Assembly (NCBI GenBank): GCA_002269645.1
Contig: NIVC01003227.1
Span: 15,485-79,484 of the forward strand
Length of the DNA stretch: 64,000 bases
Direction: 5' to 3'
Origin: Macrostomum lignano
Taxonomy: Eukaryota
The position numbers were made by a program, and so were the translations under genes. How positions within the stretch are numbered: position 1 is the stretch's first letter; the number at the start of each line of letters is the position of its first letter. The notes under the pieces are model-generated. The model did no database searches. It worked only from the letters and a program-made list of their open reading frames with translations, and had not been told where the DNA came from. This document shows positions 29,726-43,779 of the stretch, piece after piece.

Positions 29726-31705
29726 TTTTGCACCTGCAACAGCGGGTTGGATGCATTGGCAGTCCTTTGTAGCAAGTGCAAAACAGCTGCGAACTGCTGG
29801 TTATCAGGGGCCCAAACGGGTCTGCACAACAATTCGACTGCCAGCTGTTTGTCTATCCTTGGCCATGGAAAGGTTCAGAAATCAGCAGTCAAACTGTTGG
29901 CAGTGAGTTAGTGGCAGACTATTGTGCCAAGTTTATCATTATTATTATTATTATTATTATAGCATTGGTTTAAGCTAAAGCCAAGTTAATACTTTTTTTA
30001 AGGAACCAAATATATTAGACCTTTATATATTTAAAAAGGAAAATTGCATTTATTTGTATATTCTTTTTTAAATGGTAATGTGTAATGAAAGACTATTTTA
30101 AAACCATTAGGAAAAAACCACTTTGACCTGTGCAGACTGCACAGCTTTTCTTTGGTTGATATAATTTTAAGTGTTTTAATCTAGTACTAGTAAAATTAAA
30201 GGCTATTAAAATATAATATAAGCACTTATTTTTTATATAGAGATAAAATAGCTTGTAAAATTCTTGCACAACAATAAATCATTTACAAGAAATTCTAGCA
30301 AATTTTTAAGTTTTTTAATGCATAGCATACATGGTGTCTTTTGTAAAGGCCAAAAAGGCACGGTTGCAAGATGTCTACAAATTCATCCAAAGCATACATA
30401 GCTAGCAATGGGTGTTCCCTTTAGATAGCTTGCTGGCTATGTAGACTATGCAAATCATGCCAATTTTGAATACATTTTGTCTTATCCCATTAGCTACTTT
30501 AAGACTAAGCAAATAAACCTAACTAGTATTCTCTTACTTGTCTCATTCTAATTATGTAATTGTACTATGTTTATATTTTTTACAGAGATACTATGATTAA
30601 ATAAATAGGCCTAGCTATAAATCACTTTTTAAAAATTTGTATATGCTAAAATATATTGCTATTTTTCTATGATAGGGTTACAGTGAATTTATCAATAGTT
30701 AAAACAAGCTGAGCAAAGTCATTATCATTAAAAGTCAAAGTCTTAAAGTGGTTCCTTGATGCAATAATGTATAATTTTTGGTAACTAAAAGAGCATGAAT
30801 AAAATAAATAAAAATTTTGCCAAAGACTTCAACATGATTTCATGATATACTAAATGTTATTGTACTTTTATGACTTAAAACCTGACAACTTAGGCAATTT
30901 ATGCTATATAAATACTATATTGTACATAGTTAAGTATCAAAATACAAAATATAGTCAACAGCATAATGTCAGGTAACCAAATTTGTCAACAATGCATAGT
31001 AAGATAAACAGAAAATGTCAAATTTATTAATGAATTAGATATTGACAAATTTGGTAGAACCCCTATGATGATCTTGCTTAGTTATATTTATTATCATAAG
31101 TTGTTCTATTGTTTGTGTGCATATTGTTTTTTTATTGCTAGGCTTAAACTTTTTCATTGTATATATAGCACATTATATGTAATAGAATGTTTCCCTACAA
31201 AATATACATGATTTGCATGCTGTTCAATGAATATTGATCAAAGAAACCTATTAGAAAAAATATTCCATAGTTTAGAAGGTGGCCTTTATACCAGAATTGT
31301 CTGGCATATTTTTGCCTTAGCTAACAAACTTGGCATATAGAATTTTCAAGCTTAACATTATGTATATATAGTTGGCATATAAAAAAGCAAAGTTAGTGTA
31401 TATGTTATAGTTAAATATCAACCAACAAAGGCTCTTTAAAAATAATTAGAAATAAAAATGTAATTAATAATGCATTTTAGTAAGGAAAACAAAATTCAAA
31501 AAAAAGAATAATAGTTTTTAACAAAAAAACAGAAATTTTAAAGTTTTGTTTTGTATTTCTAAAGTAATATATTCTTTTAAAATTAGCAATTAGCATATAA
31601 TATAAGCACGTTTATGCTTAGCATAATATCTTTTTGAATTTTATATTGGCATAGGGTTAAAATTGAAAAAACTAATTTTTATTAATATATAATCTAGACT
31701 ATATA

Positions 31706-32568
31706 CAGTGCTAGGCAAGTTAATAGATTTTTTTAATTCGTTAAAAGTTAAAAAGTTAATTCAATTGCTCCAAAAAAATTAACTGTAACTAGTTAAATAT
31801 TTAACTTTTGCCAAAAATTTAACTTCTGAAAAGTTAAAAGTTAAAGTAAATTCCTACTTCCCTAACGGAAAAAGTGACATTTTCCTGGACATGCATCCGG
31901 CACATTTTTAAAATTTCAGGTCGGCGCAGTGCGGCACAGCGTGCGGTGGAGCGCAGGAGGTCATGCGGCGGCGTAGGAAGTTGCATGGCAGCGCGGGAGG
32001 TCGCGCAGCGGCGCAGAAGTCGCGTAGCAGCGCGGGAAGTCGTTCGGTGGCACGACATGGCACAGTATGGTGCAATGCAACAAGGAAATATCTATGCAGC
32101 GCAATGCGGAGCAGCGCAGCAGGGAAAGGCAGAGTCATTACATGTATACAACAATAGATTATAGTAGTCCTTTGGGTAGAATATCAATAGACAATAGTTG
32201 AAGATTCCAGAATCTTCCGGAATATTCAATACATTATAACTTGTAACTGAAAAATTATACATGTAATAGTTTGGGACGCGTTAAATAATGCTTAGAAAGG
32301 CGAAGTTATTTTATGTATGTATTAATTTTACTTTTTAATGGCATACAAGCTGTTGAAACCCGTGGATTTTGAACCCGGGGATTGGGGAACTCCATTTCCA
32401 AGAATTATTAACTTTTGTCATTTAACTTTAACTTACAGAAAAAATTTAATGATTTTTGTTAACTAGTTAATATATAAAAAATGTAACGAAATTTAATGAT
32501 TTAAAAAAAAATTAACTAGTTAATTAACTAGTTAAACAATTAGCCTAACTAGTTAACGCCCAGCATTG
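31706..32568. mobile_element. Non-autonomous hAT-like element (863 bp)
   Basis: Imperfect TIRs cagtgctaggcaagttaa / ttaacgcccagcattg; perfect 8-bp TSD actatata (31698-31705 and 32569-32576); subterminal (aa)gttaa motifs; no transposase ORF. Confidence 0.85.
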
Positions 32569-33306
32569 ACTATATAATAATATATAAACAGACTAGCCAT
32601 TTATGGCTTACTGCCCTTGGCCTACCAATATAATATCTCTATATAGTTCTATATTCTAGTCATAAGACATGAGCATGAGTAAAAGATGGATATGCCCATA
32701 TATGCCACAGGCCATACTCTGGAAGATGCTATTTTGTGGGGAAAATTCTTGCATGCAACAAGGACCCAGGTAGTCTAATACTGTGTGCACAGTATGCATC
32801 AAGGAGTTGGAAAAGTTTTTTGGCATGTTTTATGCAATAGCACCATGTTTAAATATTTTTGGCAGTCCACCACTTTTAGAGCTACTATAGTGTATCTCAT
32901 AGGAATTTTTTAGGCTTTTAAACACATTTTGATACTTTTTAAAATGAATATTCAATTATTGGTATGATAATACCAATAAAATACACAATGTTTTTATTAC
33001 TAGAAGGTAATATATTATTATTTAGATCACTATACTATAAGAATTTCTATAAGTGTTGTTTATCTACTGTCTCTCATTAAAAATTGAATTTTTCATCAGA
33101 CATTGTTTCATAGAATCAGACTTGTTGGCTCTGTAGCTGCTTTCTGCAGTCCAACCCCTACTCCCAACCTCCCAGTCTATGGCATTGGTGCACACTTGGT
33201 GAATTTGATCTAAACCCTCCCACATGTAGCGGGCAAAGCAAAAAAAAGATTCTCGTGGGCACAGTGCATACTCGGGACTATGGGCCACAGGCACAGTAAT
33301 ATTGAT

Positions 33307-35313
33307 AGGGACTCCAGTGAGGTTACCGTAAAGCTGATAATTACACGAAAAATCGTAAAATAATGTTTTTTTAAAATGAAATTGCCAAGCATAGAAAATG
33401 TTTACAGTAAAAACAAAATATACATGTTAAAGAAGAGTTTCTATTCTTTTTAATGAGATAAAGAAACAAAAAATATATACATTGTATGCCGAGTAATGTT
33501 CCACTGAACTTCGTCTTTTTTTTTTAATACACTCGTTTTGTTGCCAAAAAAAGTGACTTTCGAAAGTTCGTTTTCTTGTTGCAAAGCAATTATTTTAACA
33601 AAATATAACTATTTATTGATACAAACAACTATATTTACAAACATTTTTTGACATTTTGAGAAGAATTTTTCTTTATTTTCTCCCTATTTAGACAGTATAA
33701 AAAAATTAAAGTTGAATAAAAATCGTACCCGTATTTCCAAAGCTTAGTAAAACCTGGAAATGAATACTACTCCGTAATATGATTACATTAAAAAAACCGC
33801 ACATGTCAATCTACATCCGCCAAAAAGTTATTGAAGCCTGTTTTATGCCTATCTCTTCAGTGTAAAATAGACGGATAAAACAGAAAATTTAAATTTTTTT
33901 CTAGCAGTAATTTCCGAAGACTATTCTTCTACTGCATTTAATAGAGGAACTTATAGGAATTCTTCACAGCACTTTTATATCTTTCCACATACATCCGCTG
34001 AGGAGCAGCAGCAATGTTAGCTTTTTAGTAGCGATACTACTTACATACTACTTATATAAAAAGTGGCTTATTATGGCTTTTCTTAACCAAAAAGAAGATG
34101 TTTTACCATTGCAAATTAGTTTTGAAGGCAAAATAATACAAATAAATGTATGCTTTAGCTTATTGAGCTATAGCAATTGCAATCCCAATAAGTGACCCCT
34201 TGAATGCACGTAACCTTGGTCTGCAATTCAAACTCCCATAAAAATGAACTGAATTTCATAAGAAATTGTGTTTATTCCATTTGTAAGTTTAATAAGCAAC
34301 TTCATAATATACAATTTTAAGTACAATTTATTTTTAAATACTTCTTTACACTTGTTTACAGATATAAATGTTCATTGGTAACTTTATTCACAATATACAA
34401 TTTTACAATAAGGATAGGCTCAATCAAAAAATATACAAGACAATTGTATCAACAATTATTTACCTATATGTTTTACAGTTAAAAAGCAAAGCAGACAATA
34501 TACATTATGTGTGTAAAGACAATAAGCATTAAATATATGCTAACTTCAGTCTTCAGTTGCAGCTACTCAACAAGCAATAATATTGGAAAAAAAAACAAGA
34601 GCTTTTAAATAAATTAAAGTACACAAAAAAAACATTTTCATATGTTTTTCATTAAAAAAACAAATCAAACTTTATATATATTCATTAGTCTAAAAAATAT
34701 AATCATTCAAAGTTGAAAAATGTGCAATTTTAAGATATGCTGTCAAGTTCCAGTAGCAAAAGTCACAAAATTGGTGAATTTTTTAACCTTTGTCAATATA
34801 TAGGAAAAAATGGTATAAAAATATATATACTTTTATATGTTGTGGAGTAAACAAATAAAAAAGATTTCAGAAAAAGCAATTAACTTTTAAATAATAGTCA
34901 TTTGAAATTTTAATTTTGCTCTATTTTTGATGTGCATTTTTCACTTTTGAAAAATTCAAATGCAAACCACAAGAAAGATACATTAGAAAGAATAAAAACA
35001 ATTTGTTAATCTTATGTAGAACTGCTTGGTCTTTAAAATGATACCAGACTCAATATTGTATGTTGAATAGCAAAAAAGATATGACAATAAAAAGTGAAAA
35101 ATTTTGTTTTTGTACATCTAATGGCAACAATCTATAATGTATTTTTCCTATCTAAAAAACGTAATTTTTTGGGGACAAAAAATGCTATAACTTTTTTATT
35201 ACTCAACCAAATTTAATAAGTGAAGCCATTTTGTGATGCTGTTATTGTCCTCTATCAGATACATATCTGAAAATATATAAATTTTAAAGTTTCAAAATCT
35301 CACTGGAGTCCCT
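33307..35313. mobile_element. Non-autonomous TIR DNA transposon (about 2.0 kb), superfamily unresolved
   Basis: Perfect 15-bp TIR agggactccagtgag / ctcactggagtccct; flanking direct repeat aatattgat (9 bp, or 7 bp if the TIR is read as tagg...ccta). Confidence 0.85.
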
Positions 35314-38198
35314 AATATTGATACAAAAGTTAAAGGCAGCATTTAAGCCTATGGCTATGGGTAGGAATTCTATATAGCTGGCTGGTAATAATCACAAAAC
35401 AAACCTATGCAGGCTATGCCCCTAGCCTATGCCTACTGTGGCTAGGACCTATATTAAATTAAAAAGGTAAATAGTTGTATAGGCGAGGCCTAAACTATAG
35501 ATAGGCCTATTGCATTGCATGTAGAATAGCTATAGCATAGACTAGAATAGAACTGAACTGAATTATTTCAACTGATCAGCGATATCATCAATGATCAAAA
35601 AAGATTATTTAAAAAAATATTTTTATAGTCTATGAATTACTAGTATTAGGAAACAGCGCATGCTGATGAGAAAAGCATGCCTAGGGCCTAGGCCCTAAGC
35701 CTAAGCCAAGAAGCACATGTTAACTGTTCATAATACGAAACTTACTAAAACAAATGATTTTAAAGGTTAAAAGCAAACATATATTTGTCTAAAATGAAAT
35801 ATTTCATTCTTATTGCAGCCACGATGCGCTAAGAAAATTGTTTAACGTGAAAACTCGAAACTCTTTGCAAGATATAGTGTAGAGTTGTTGTTGTAATGAA
35901 GTGCACCGTTGCGTCAATCTAAAAACAGAAAAACAAAATGGCTGACATTGTACAAAACCTCGTTAACAACGAAACTTAAAGCTGGTACATTTGCAAGAAT
36001 GTTAGAAAAGATGATAGAATCTATTAAACGTAAGCCCCACACAAAATTTCAGAGCCTATTTATAATAAAATTATATTAAGTTTAAAATATGACTAAGAAA
36101 CACTATTATCCTCAGACGTGTACATGGTATCGATCGAGTTTGGGTGAGAAGACTACATGTGATTTTTAGCTTTCAGCCGTTGCTTTGAAAAAATATAGGT
36201 AGAGATAGATAGATAATAGATTCGGGCCACCAGTTTTTTCGGTGTTTTGCACAATCATCATTGTCACTTTAATGATAATTCAGGTTAATTCAGCCACACA
36301 GTTTTGGACTCTTTATGAAAAAACGCAATGCGAACAATTTACTGCGAACTTTAGCTTTTTCCCTCTGGGAGTCTAACAATCGCATCTAAATTATCTGAAG
36401 GGTTGTAATTGTCATTATTTGCACATTTAAATAATAACGAAGCTGTTTTTTAATTTTTTGAACTTACGTCGGCGCCCACTTAGAGTAAAATACGCTGTAT
36501 TTTAACCGAACAACGTATTTATTGATTAAAATGATTGACCAATGCAGTGTCAAAAAGTTCGGGGTTAGGTCGGGGTCGGCTCGGGTTTTGGTACCCCGAA
36601 CCCCGAAATAATTGCTGTCCCGAACACCCCTAATCCGCGTGAATCCGCGCAGCTAAACCATAAGTTATGCGGTATAGATGAATATACGAGTATTGAACAG
36701 CCTATCCAGTGTGTGGAGCCAAAACCGCTCTGCTGATACATAAACATAAAAAGCGAGAGATTAATAGCCAGTTAGCAGAAGAAGGGTTTGGAACAATAAA
36801 AAACGAGCATTAATAGGAACACCTACATGTACATATAGTAAGTTAGATAGGAACCTCAAGCGACTGACAGAGGTATTTACGAGCGTAGATGATCGATGCT
36901 TGAAGCGGCCACAGCAGCTATCAATATTTTTGGAGCTGTCTTGTTGGACCGCGCGGTGATCAAGGGTTTTGTGGCGACAGCGCTAAGGCTCGGGAGCTCC
37001 CCATCTCCCAGCTCCCATATACATCATCATGGATTTGTTGCAGTCTGTGCTCCTAACGGCATAAAATGCCTAAAGCAGGTCTACCTGTTTCACATCAGGT
37101 CTCGCGGCCATTTCCACGCAAACAATCTATCTAGCTAAAATCCACAGCTGAAAAACATAGAATCTTGTCGATCATTAACTTATCGGTCATTTTGGCCATT
37201 GTCGGTGAGTTAGCTCCACTTACTGCAACTCGTCGCTCACTTTCTGGACGGCTACAATTATAAAGTAATAAATCGATGCGAACTGCTTAATTAATACTCT
37301 TACATTTTTGCTCAAATTTTAGTAACGGACTCTGGGAGCGGTAAACGTTTCAATCGATTCGTCATCGGCGGCTCCGTTGAGCTGAGTGACTCTGTGAGCA
37401 AACCAATAGTTGCAAACCAATCCATATTATAGGTACAACTGTCCTTGATACGTACGAGTACGATGGTCCTTTTCGTTTGCTGTACTCTATTTTATGTAAT
37501 GTACATGTACATGTATCTGCAGGTCGATTAACATCTTTCAACTCTTCTGTGCGCTATGCTGCAGTTAGAAAATCAATTGCATAATACATTTATGTTTCTA
37601 ATTCTAAAAGGGAGAAAGTAGAAGTCAATTGTTGCTTGTGTATGATGTCGATTTTAGTCTACATGTAGATCTACCCGAATCCCGTGTGGAGGAGTAGCAA
37701 TCCTTGATTCGAAAATTAATTGGCAACAACGACCGGCATGAAGCAAAATGAATGCGAAGGCTCAAAGTATGACGTGCTGCAGAATGCACCATTTTGATCA
37801 CTATAAGCTGGGAACTTCAGCTGCTACCCGGCAGTAGCAGCCGATCTGTTAATGTCGGCTGCGGTGGCCGATGCTTTATTTTTTTCCTTTTTGATAAAAT
37901 TTCTTGCGCACACAAGGGCCAGTTCGGGGTCACTCATACAAACAAAGCGAAACGTGCCAATTTGCAAGTGCTGCAATGAGCACTGCATTGAGCACGTTTT
38001 GAAACTTAAAAGCTTCTGTAAAATAAGGCAATAGCAAAATTATATTGATCAAGTGTTTTGCCAGGCGGAAGCTGGATTCAGTTTATATAAGTGGGGCAGG
38101 CTCGAGAAAACAGGTCGAAAAAAATTAAACAATTTTTAAGTGGCGAGGAAATCGTAAAATACAGGAACATACAGCATCCCAGTGAGGACGCGGAGGTC

Positions 38199-41100
38199 TC
38201 ACATTTTCCCCTTTCTGCGCCGCTCGTCCAACGACTTCATGATGTGCTTCATCTGCACGTCCGTGAAGCTGAAGATGCCGATCATGGCCATCAGGTGCTG
38301 ATGGTTCTGCTCGCGGTCCTTCTCTGTCAGGTAGTGGAACATGGAGTCTCGCAAGAACCTATGAAAAAAGTTCCTGCTTATTTGAAAGCTGATGAAATGG
38401 CGATGCGGCTTTTAAAATCAAATTTCTACCAGAATCCTTTCCTACATGTAGCTCCAGGGGGAGTAAGCACCATTGGCACCATGCAGTACCATGGACGTCG
38501 GGTGCGCTAGTGTCAGGGGCGCCAGTACCGTACACGATCGCTAGTGTCAGGGGCACCAGTACCGTACACACCGCTAGTGTCAGGGGCACCAGTACCGTAC
38601 ACCATCGCTAGTGTCAGGGGCACCAGTACCGTACACACCGCTAGTGTCAGGGGCACCAGTACCGTACACCATCGCTAGTGTCAGGGGCGCCTGCCGTAGG
38701 GGTGTAATGCTACCACATGCAACTATAGCAACCAAATTGGGGGGGGGGGGCTCTCCCACACGGTTATACTCTACACATGCACAGGCTCTAATCAGCAGAT
38801 CCCTGCGTGGAATCGAATCGATGCAGGGTCCTTGGCGCGAGAGTAAGACGCGTTACTGATTTGCTATTCGGCACCCCAGAATTCCCAAGAAGCCCTAATC
38901 ATCTGGCAGCCGTTGAAGCGTCCCGAAGCAGTGTGCGGAAATCCGAGATCTGGAAGAGCTCACCGCAGTTTAGCTTCGGCCTCAGTTGAGGCTTTGTCGC
39001 TGTCTTCGTAGACCTCCTTCAGCTTGATGGACTGCCACTTCTGGAGGTCATGCTGCGTGATCTCCAGCTTCTCCAGAAGTTCCTCCATCGCCACTTTGTC
39101 CGGCTCTAGGACAGCTAGCTTCTCGATCTGGAAGCGACATAGGGAAGTTACCTTACGAGGTAGTTTGCACTTTGTCGCAAACCAAGCCAGTGTGAGGAGG
39201 GGGGCGATGCCCCATTACGCTGACCTCTGAGCAGAGAATACGCACGTACGTACACAGGCATGCACACATTCTGTGCCTTGGGGAGGGGGGTTGGAACAAG
39301 GGCTCAAATTTAGGTGGGTGCGCACTGAGTTGCACCTGTGAGGTACTTAGGTGCAAGAGTTAGACACGTTAACAGCAGAGCAGCTACTCTACCGCTCGAT
39401 ACGGGCGTTATTACCTTTGTTTCATTTCTTTGATTCAAGCATGACAAAAGCATAATAACAAGAACGCGTAGAAAATTTACCTCGTCCTGCCGCTCGAACC
39501 TGGCAGAGTCGCGGCCCTTCCTGTACATCTCCAGGTAGAGGTCTTGGTGGCGGCGCTCCCTCTCCGCGCACTCGACCTTGAGCTTCTCGAGGGTCTCGGC
39601 CAGACTCTTCTCTCGGACGCAAATCTCGCTGTGCTGCGCTCGCAGGGAGGAGAAGTCGCTGTCCAGCTGGTTGATTTGCACCTGCAGGCCGGCGATTCTC
39701 TCCTCCCGGTCTTTCACCGCGTCCTCGATGCTCTTGCTCTTCTCGTGGTAGAACACGTCCAGCTCAAGCTCGCGCTGCTCGATGACAAAGTACGCCTCGT
39801 CTAGCTGTCGCTGGAGCTCCTTAACCTCGAGGTCCTTGCGCTGCAGCGGCGTCATGTACTGCGACTCGTCCTGCAGGCCCAGCTGCTTCACGGCGTCCTC
39901 GTGCAGTTTCTCGAGCCGCTTCCGGCTGGCCAGGGTCTGCTTGACGGAGATGGACCTGATGGCGCTGCGGTCTGTTGGGAACAGCGGGGAGCAGCATTCA
40001 ACAATTGAGCTGAGAGCTTCTGAGCTTGCCAGTGCCACAGGCAGAATGTGAGAAGCTCTCAACAGCGTCGAACTGTTGAAGGCGTCGTATTGTTATTTTG
40101 ATCAGCAAAATTCAGTTCTGACTTTTAGAGACAAATTAGCCAAAAAAGTGTTCGTGCGAAAAGCAGGAGAAAAACGAGTCAGAAAAATTAAACGCCAAGG
40201 ATTTTGTGCCAGGCTGTGCGGACCAATCCAGTGATGAAGTGCGAGTTTGTTGGAACGAGAATGTGGAACAAAATTTTGCTGCCGCCAAACCCAAGAGCTC
40301 AAATTGTTTTTCGTACTTTCTTGCCTCATTGGTTACCTTTCACACTTGTACTGCTATTGTCCAAGGATACTTTAATCCACGACTTTGTGCAGTTGTAGAT
40401 TGGAGATTTGGCAATAACAGCCTCCTCTGTAAAATCACAGTTAGTGGAAACTGTGTACTATCTTTGAGCTACCTGTAGTTTATATTAATTTTCAGAGCTG
40501 CTACGCTGCTAGACTTACGAACTATTTCCACTTCGTTTTCTGCGTCTGGAATTAATAAATTAATAAACAGGTGACGCATGCATCCCGGCAACCCTAAACT
40601 GCTGAAACAGATGGTGCACTGTTGAAAGCAACTCACCGTGCTGTTGGGCGGTGGATTTCTCCGCTTCTCCAGCCTTGTGCCTGGAGACTCGGCCGCCTGC
40701 GCTGCTTGAAGCCTGTCTAGTCTTGAGTGGGAGATGCTGTCCATTCTCATCGCTGTCTCGATGCTTCATCTCGTCGTTGTCGATAGTGGCGTAGGTGACA
40801 ACTTGGTCCACCGTGGGAGAATTGAAGTGAACCTTCTTGCTGCCCCTCCTGCTTGTCTGGCCAGTGCCCTGGCTCTGCTTAGTGTCGCTTGCGGCTCCCT
40901 TCTCCAGGTGTTCCTCCCGCTTCTCCGGGGCTGCCCGGCTGAGTGGCTTGAAATCGATTTTAACCGGGCTGTAACCCGACTCGATTAAGTGACTGATCGG
41001 CTTCTTGGCCGCTGAGCCGGAGCGAATGTACGTTGAGTACTCCTCAACTGTGCGGCGGGGGCAGGAGGCGCTGCGCTTCACTGGCAGACGAGATTTCATT

Positions 41101-43779
41101 CTCGACCGGCTTCCCTCCGTGCAGCCCTCCACAGACGAGTTGTTCTCGTGAGAGTGCCGCCTCGGGCCGAGACCGTCAACAATGTCTTTGTCCGTCACCG
41201 GGGAGGCCGGAATCAAGGACTCGCACTTCGACTCCTTCGACTCATATTCGTGAGCTGCTGGAGCCAGGCAGGACAGAACCTCCTCCTGCTGCTTCCTGGC
41301 AGCCTCCAGCTCTCTTTGGCGCCTGGCCTTGGCCTCCAAGATCTGCCGTCGCCTGACCGACTGGTTCGAGCTCAAGTCCAGCTCCACAGGCTCCATCTCC
41401 TCATCCTCTTCCTCCTCTTGGCTCTCGGACACTCGGTTGAAGACAGGCTTCGGGGCAGGCTTGTCCTCGGGCTCAGTTGGTTGGCTTTCCGGACTGTTTG
41501 ACTCGATGAGAGAGCCCAGCTTCACAGAGATGTCTACAAGATCGACCGTGCTATCTTCAACGCACACCTCCGCCTTCTCGAAGGACGCCAGTTCCTCTTC
41601 GCTGGGACTGATCAGCGCCTCGCTCTTAGCTATTAATTGCTTAGTGCGCTGGGAATCTTCAACATCCTTGGGAAACACGTCGCTGCCACCGCTGCTGCCT
41701 TCTACCTCGTCGACCTGCACTTGCGGTTTCTCCGACTTCTCAACTTCAGCCTCAACTGGTGAGTCGCTAGTTGAGTAGCCGTAGCCGCTGTCGGACTCGG
41801 AGATTTGGTTCTGGAGAATGGCAACGCGATGAGACTTTCCTTCTGGTTCCTCCTTGGATTTCTTGGCCTCTGGTTTTTCCGCCGTCTGCTGAGTTTCTTG
41901 ATACCTCTCTGCCTCCGCCTTGGCCTGTGGTTTCTCCGTTTGCTGAGTTTCTTGGCACTTCTCCGCCTCCGTCGCCTCCGCCGTCTCCGCCACCGACTCT
42001 GGCATCGTCTTTCTGCTGTCATAGTCTGCCAAGTCCATTTCCGACTCCAGCTGCGCCAGGTCCTCCTCGGTGAGACCCACGGTTTCCTGCGCTTTTACAG
42101 CCTCCTCTGTCTCCTCCATGATCGTCGAAATACCACCTTGGCTCATGTCGTACTCCATCTTTTTCTTCGCTTTCACTTCTTCCTGCTCAGGCTCCGGATC
42201 CTTTTGGTCCTCTTGCAGTCCTCTCTGGTCCTCAGTTGGATCAAGAAATCCTTCCAGCAAGTCCTCAACTTGCACTTTCTCTTCCTCGTGAATCTCGAAA
42301 ACTTCCACCTCAGCTGCGCAGCTCGACTCGACAACTGTTTCCTTGGCAACCGAAGGGCTATCGAGTGACTCCAGCAGTTCGAGCTGTCCGGTAATCGGAT
42401 CCTCCGCGCCTCCACCGCTCAGCGCCTCCGCGTCGGGCACGATCAAGTCGAGGCTAACGGGCTCGGCAGGGGGGAACTGCAGCTCGCTCTCGGCCTGTTG
42501 AGCTGCTGCCTCCGCGACTGCGCTGGGACTGGCTGGCTGCTCCTGTCTGCGCCTGAACGTGATCCTGCAGGGGAGTTTGAAATCGATTCTTCACGTAGCA
42601 TTTTTCTATTGCCTGCAAATATCTATTTTCATTAGCCCCAGAAACAATCGATATCCCAGGAGAGCACTGGGGGTTGGGCGGCATGGGGTGATTCGCTGAG
42701 CATGCGATATTGCTTCGGCGAGTGCGCCAGGGAAAAGTCTAGAACTGGGCCTTCCTTGGTCGCTGCGCACCTGCCGATTCCCGATAGCTTTCTGCATTTC
42801 TCCCCCGCGAGACCCACCTCCCTTCCACATTCCGACAACCGCATGCTGCTCGACTGCCTAATAAAATTGCAAAGCACATTTTCTCTCCCGTGCCCAATGC
42901 TCAGCTCAAGCAATGCTCGTCATGCATGAATTGGGGCCTCGGTGTGGGCGTTGGATTTTGTCTCGATGACACGCAGTCTTGCACCATTTTGCAACTCTGT
43001 TGTTCTGGTAGAAGCTCGGAGATCCAAGCTCGAATAACTAAGAATTCAGGAAACGAGACGAACCTCTGGCTTAACTAATATCGTGTTAGCTTACGCTCGT
43101 AATCGCCTCGCCTCCGGAGGTGCAATCGCCTCGGGTTCAGGACACGTTGAAGCAATAGTTGCTATGGAGCACTGAGGACCGGCCATATTTAGCTGGATTC
43201 CAATATCTCATTTCAGTCAGTCATATTGACTAGCTCTATATTCGATTTTAATTAAGCATTTGGTCCATGTAATAACAAAAAATTCATACTACTCTACTAA
43301 AAGTAGTCATATGAAATTTATGTAACAAATCGATTTCGATTAATCTTTTTCACTGGATCATTTTATCTACATTGTGGTACTGAAATACATCGAAAAATTC
43401 ACCAATCGCACCTGTGGAGCCTTAGTCATAAAACAAAGAACAGTACGGACACATCAAACTGCTCAAGTGCTCACAGCTTGCCAATGTTGCCAAACAGGCT
43501 TCGGTAGCGGCGCCTCTTAGCAGCCGGAGTTGCCAGGCCGGTGGCGGAGCTCTCCTCGGCAACTGCGCCACCGGCTGCCTCCGGCTCCGCCAACGCGCAA
43601 GCCGTTTTCAACGCCGTCTCCGTCGGAATCTCCGCATCAGATGCCGGCGACAGAGACGCCTCGCCGTTAGGTAAGCCATCCGGCTCCGTTAAGGCTTCGG
43701 TCGTCGTCTGCTCCGCCTGAGGCTGCTGCAGGTCGGTCACCTGCTGCATGATGCAATCGTCTTCAGCTAAAGTGTCCAT
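38199..43779 (-). CDS. qtc: Coiled-coil protein with C-terminal GRIP-like domain, similar to insect quick-to-court; exons 43475-43779, 40637-42564, 39481-39971, 38964-39127, 38199-38358
   Basis: Phase-consistent GT-AG chain; coiled coil ending HQDLYLEMYRKGRDSARFE; terminal AKLRFLRDSMFHYLTEKD...HLMAMIGIFSFTD recalls the GRIP pattern. The qtc assignment is from memory. Confidence 0.7.
38506..38690. repeat. 32-35-bp minisatellite (about 6 copies) in the last intron of the GRIP gene
   Basis: gctagtgtcaggggcaccagtaccgtacac unit. Confidence 0.9.

Noticed and set aside
34120-34240. Possible decayed SWIM or transposase fragment (YWDCNC...) in the 2-kb TIR element
   Set aside because: Too short and interrupted by stops; needs a profile search.
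36555-36645. cccgaacaccccta as the right end of another hAT element
   Set aside because: I could not find a matching left TIR or TSD.
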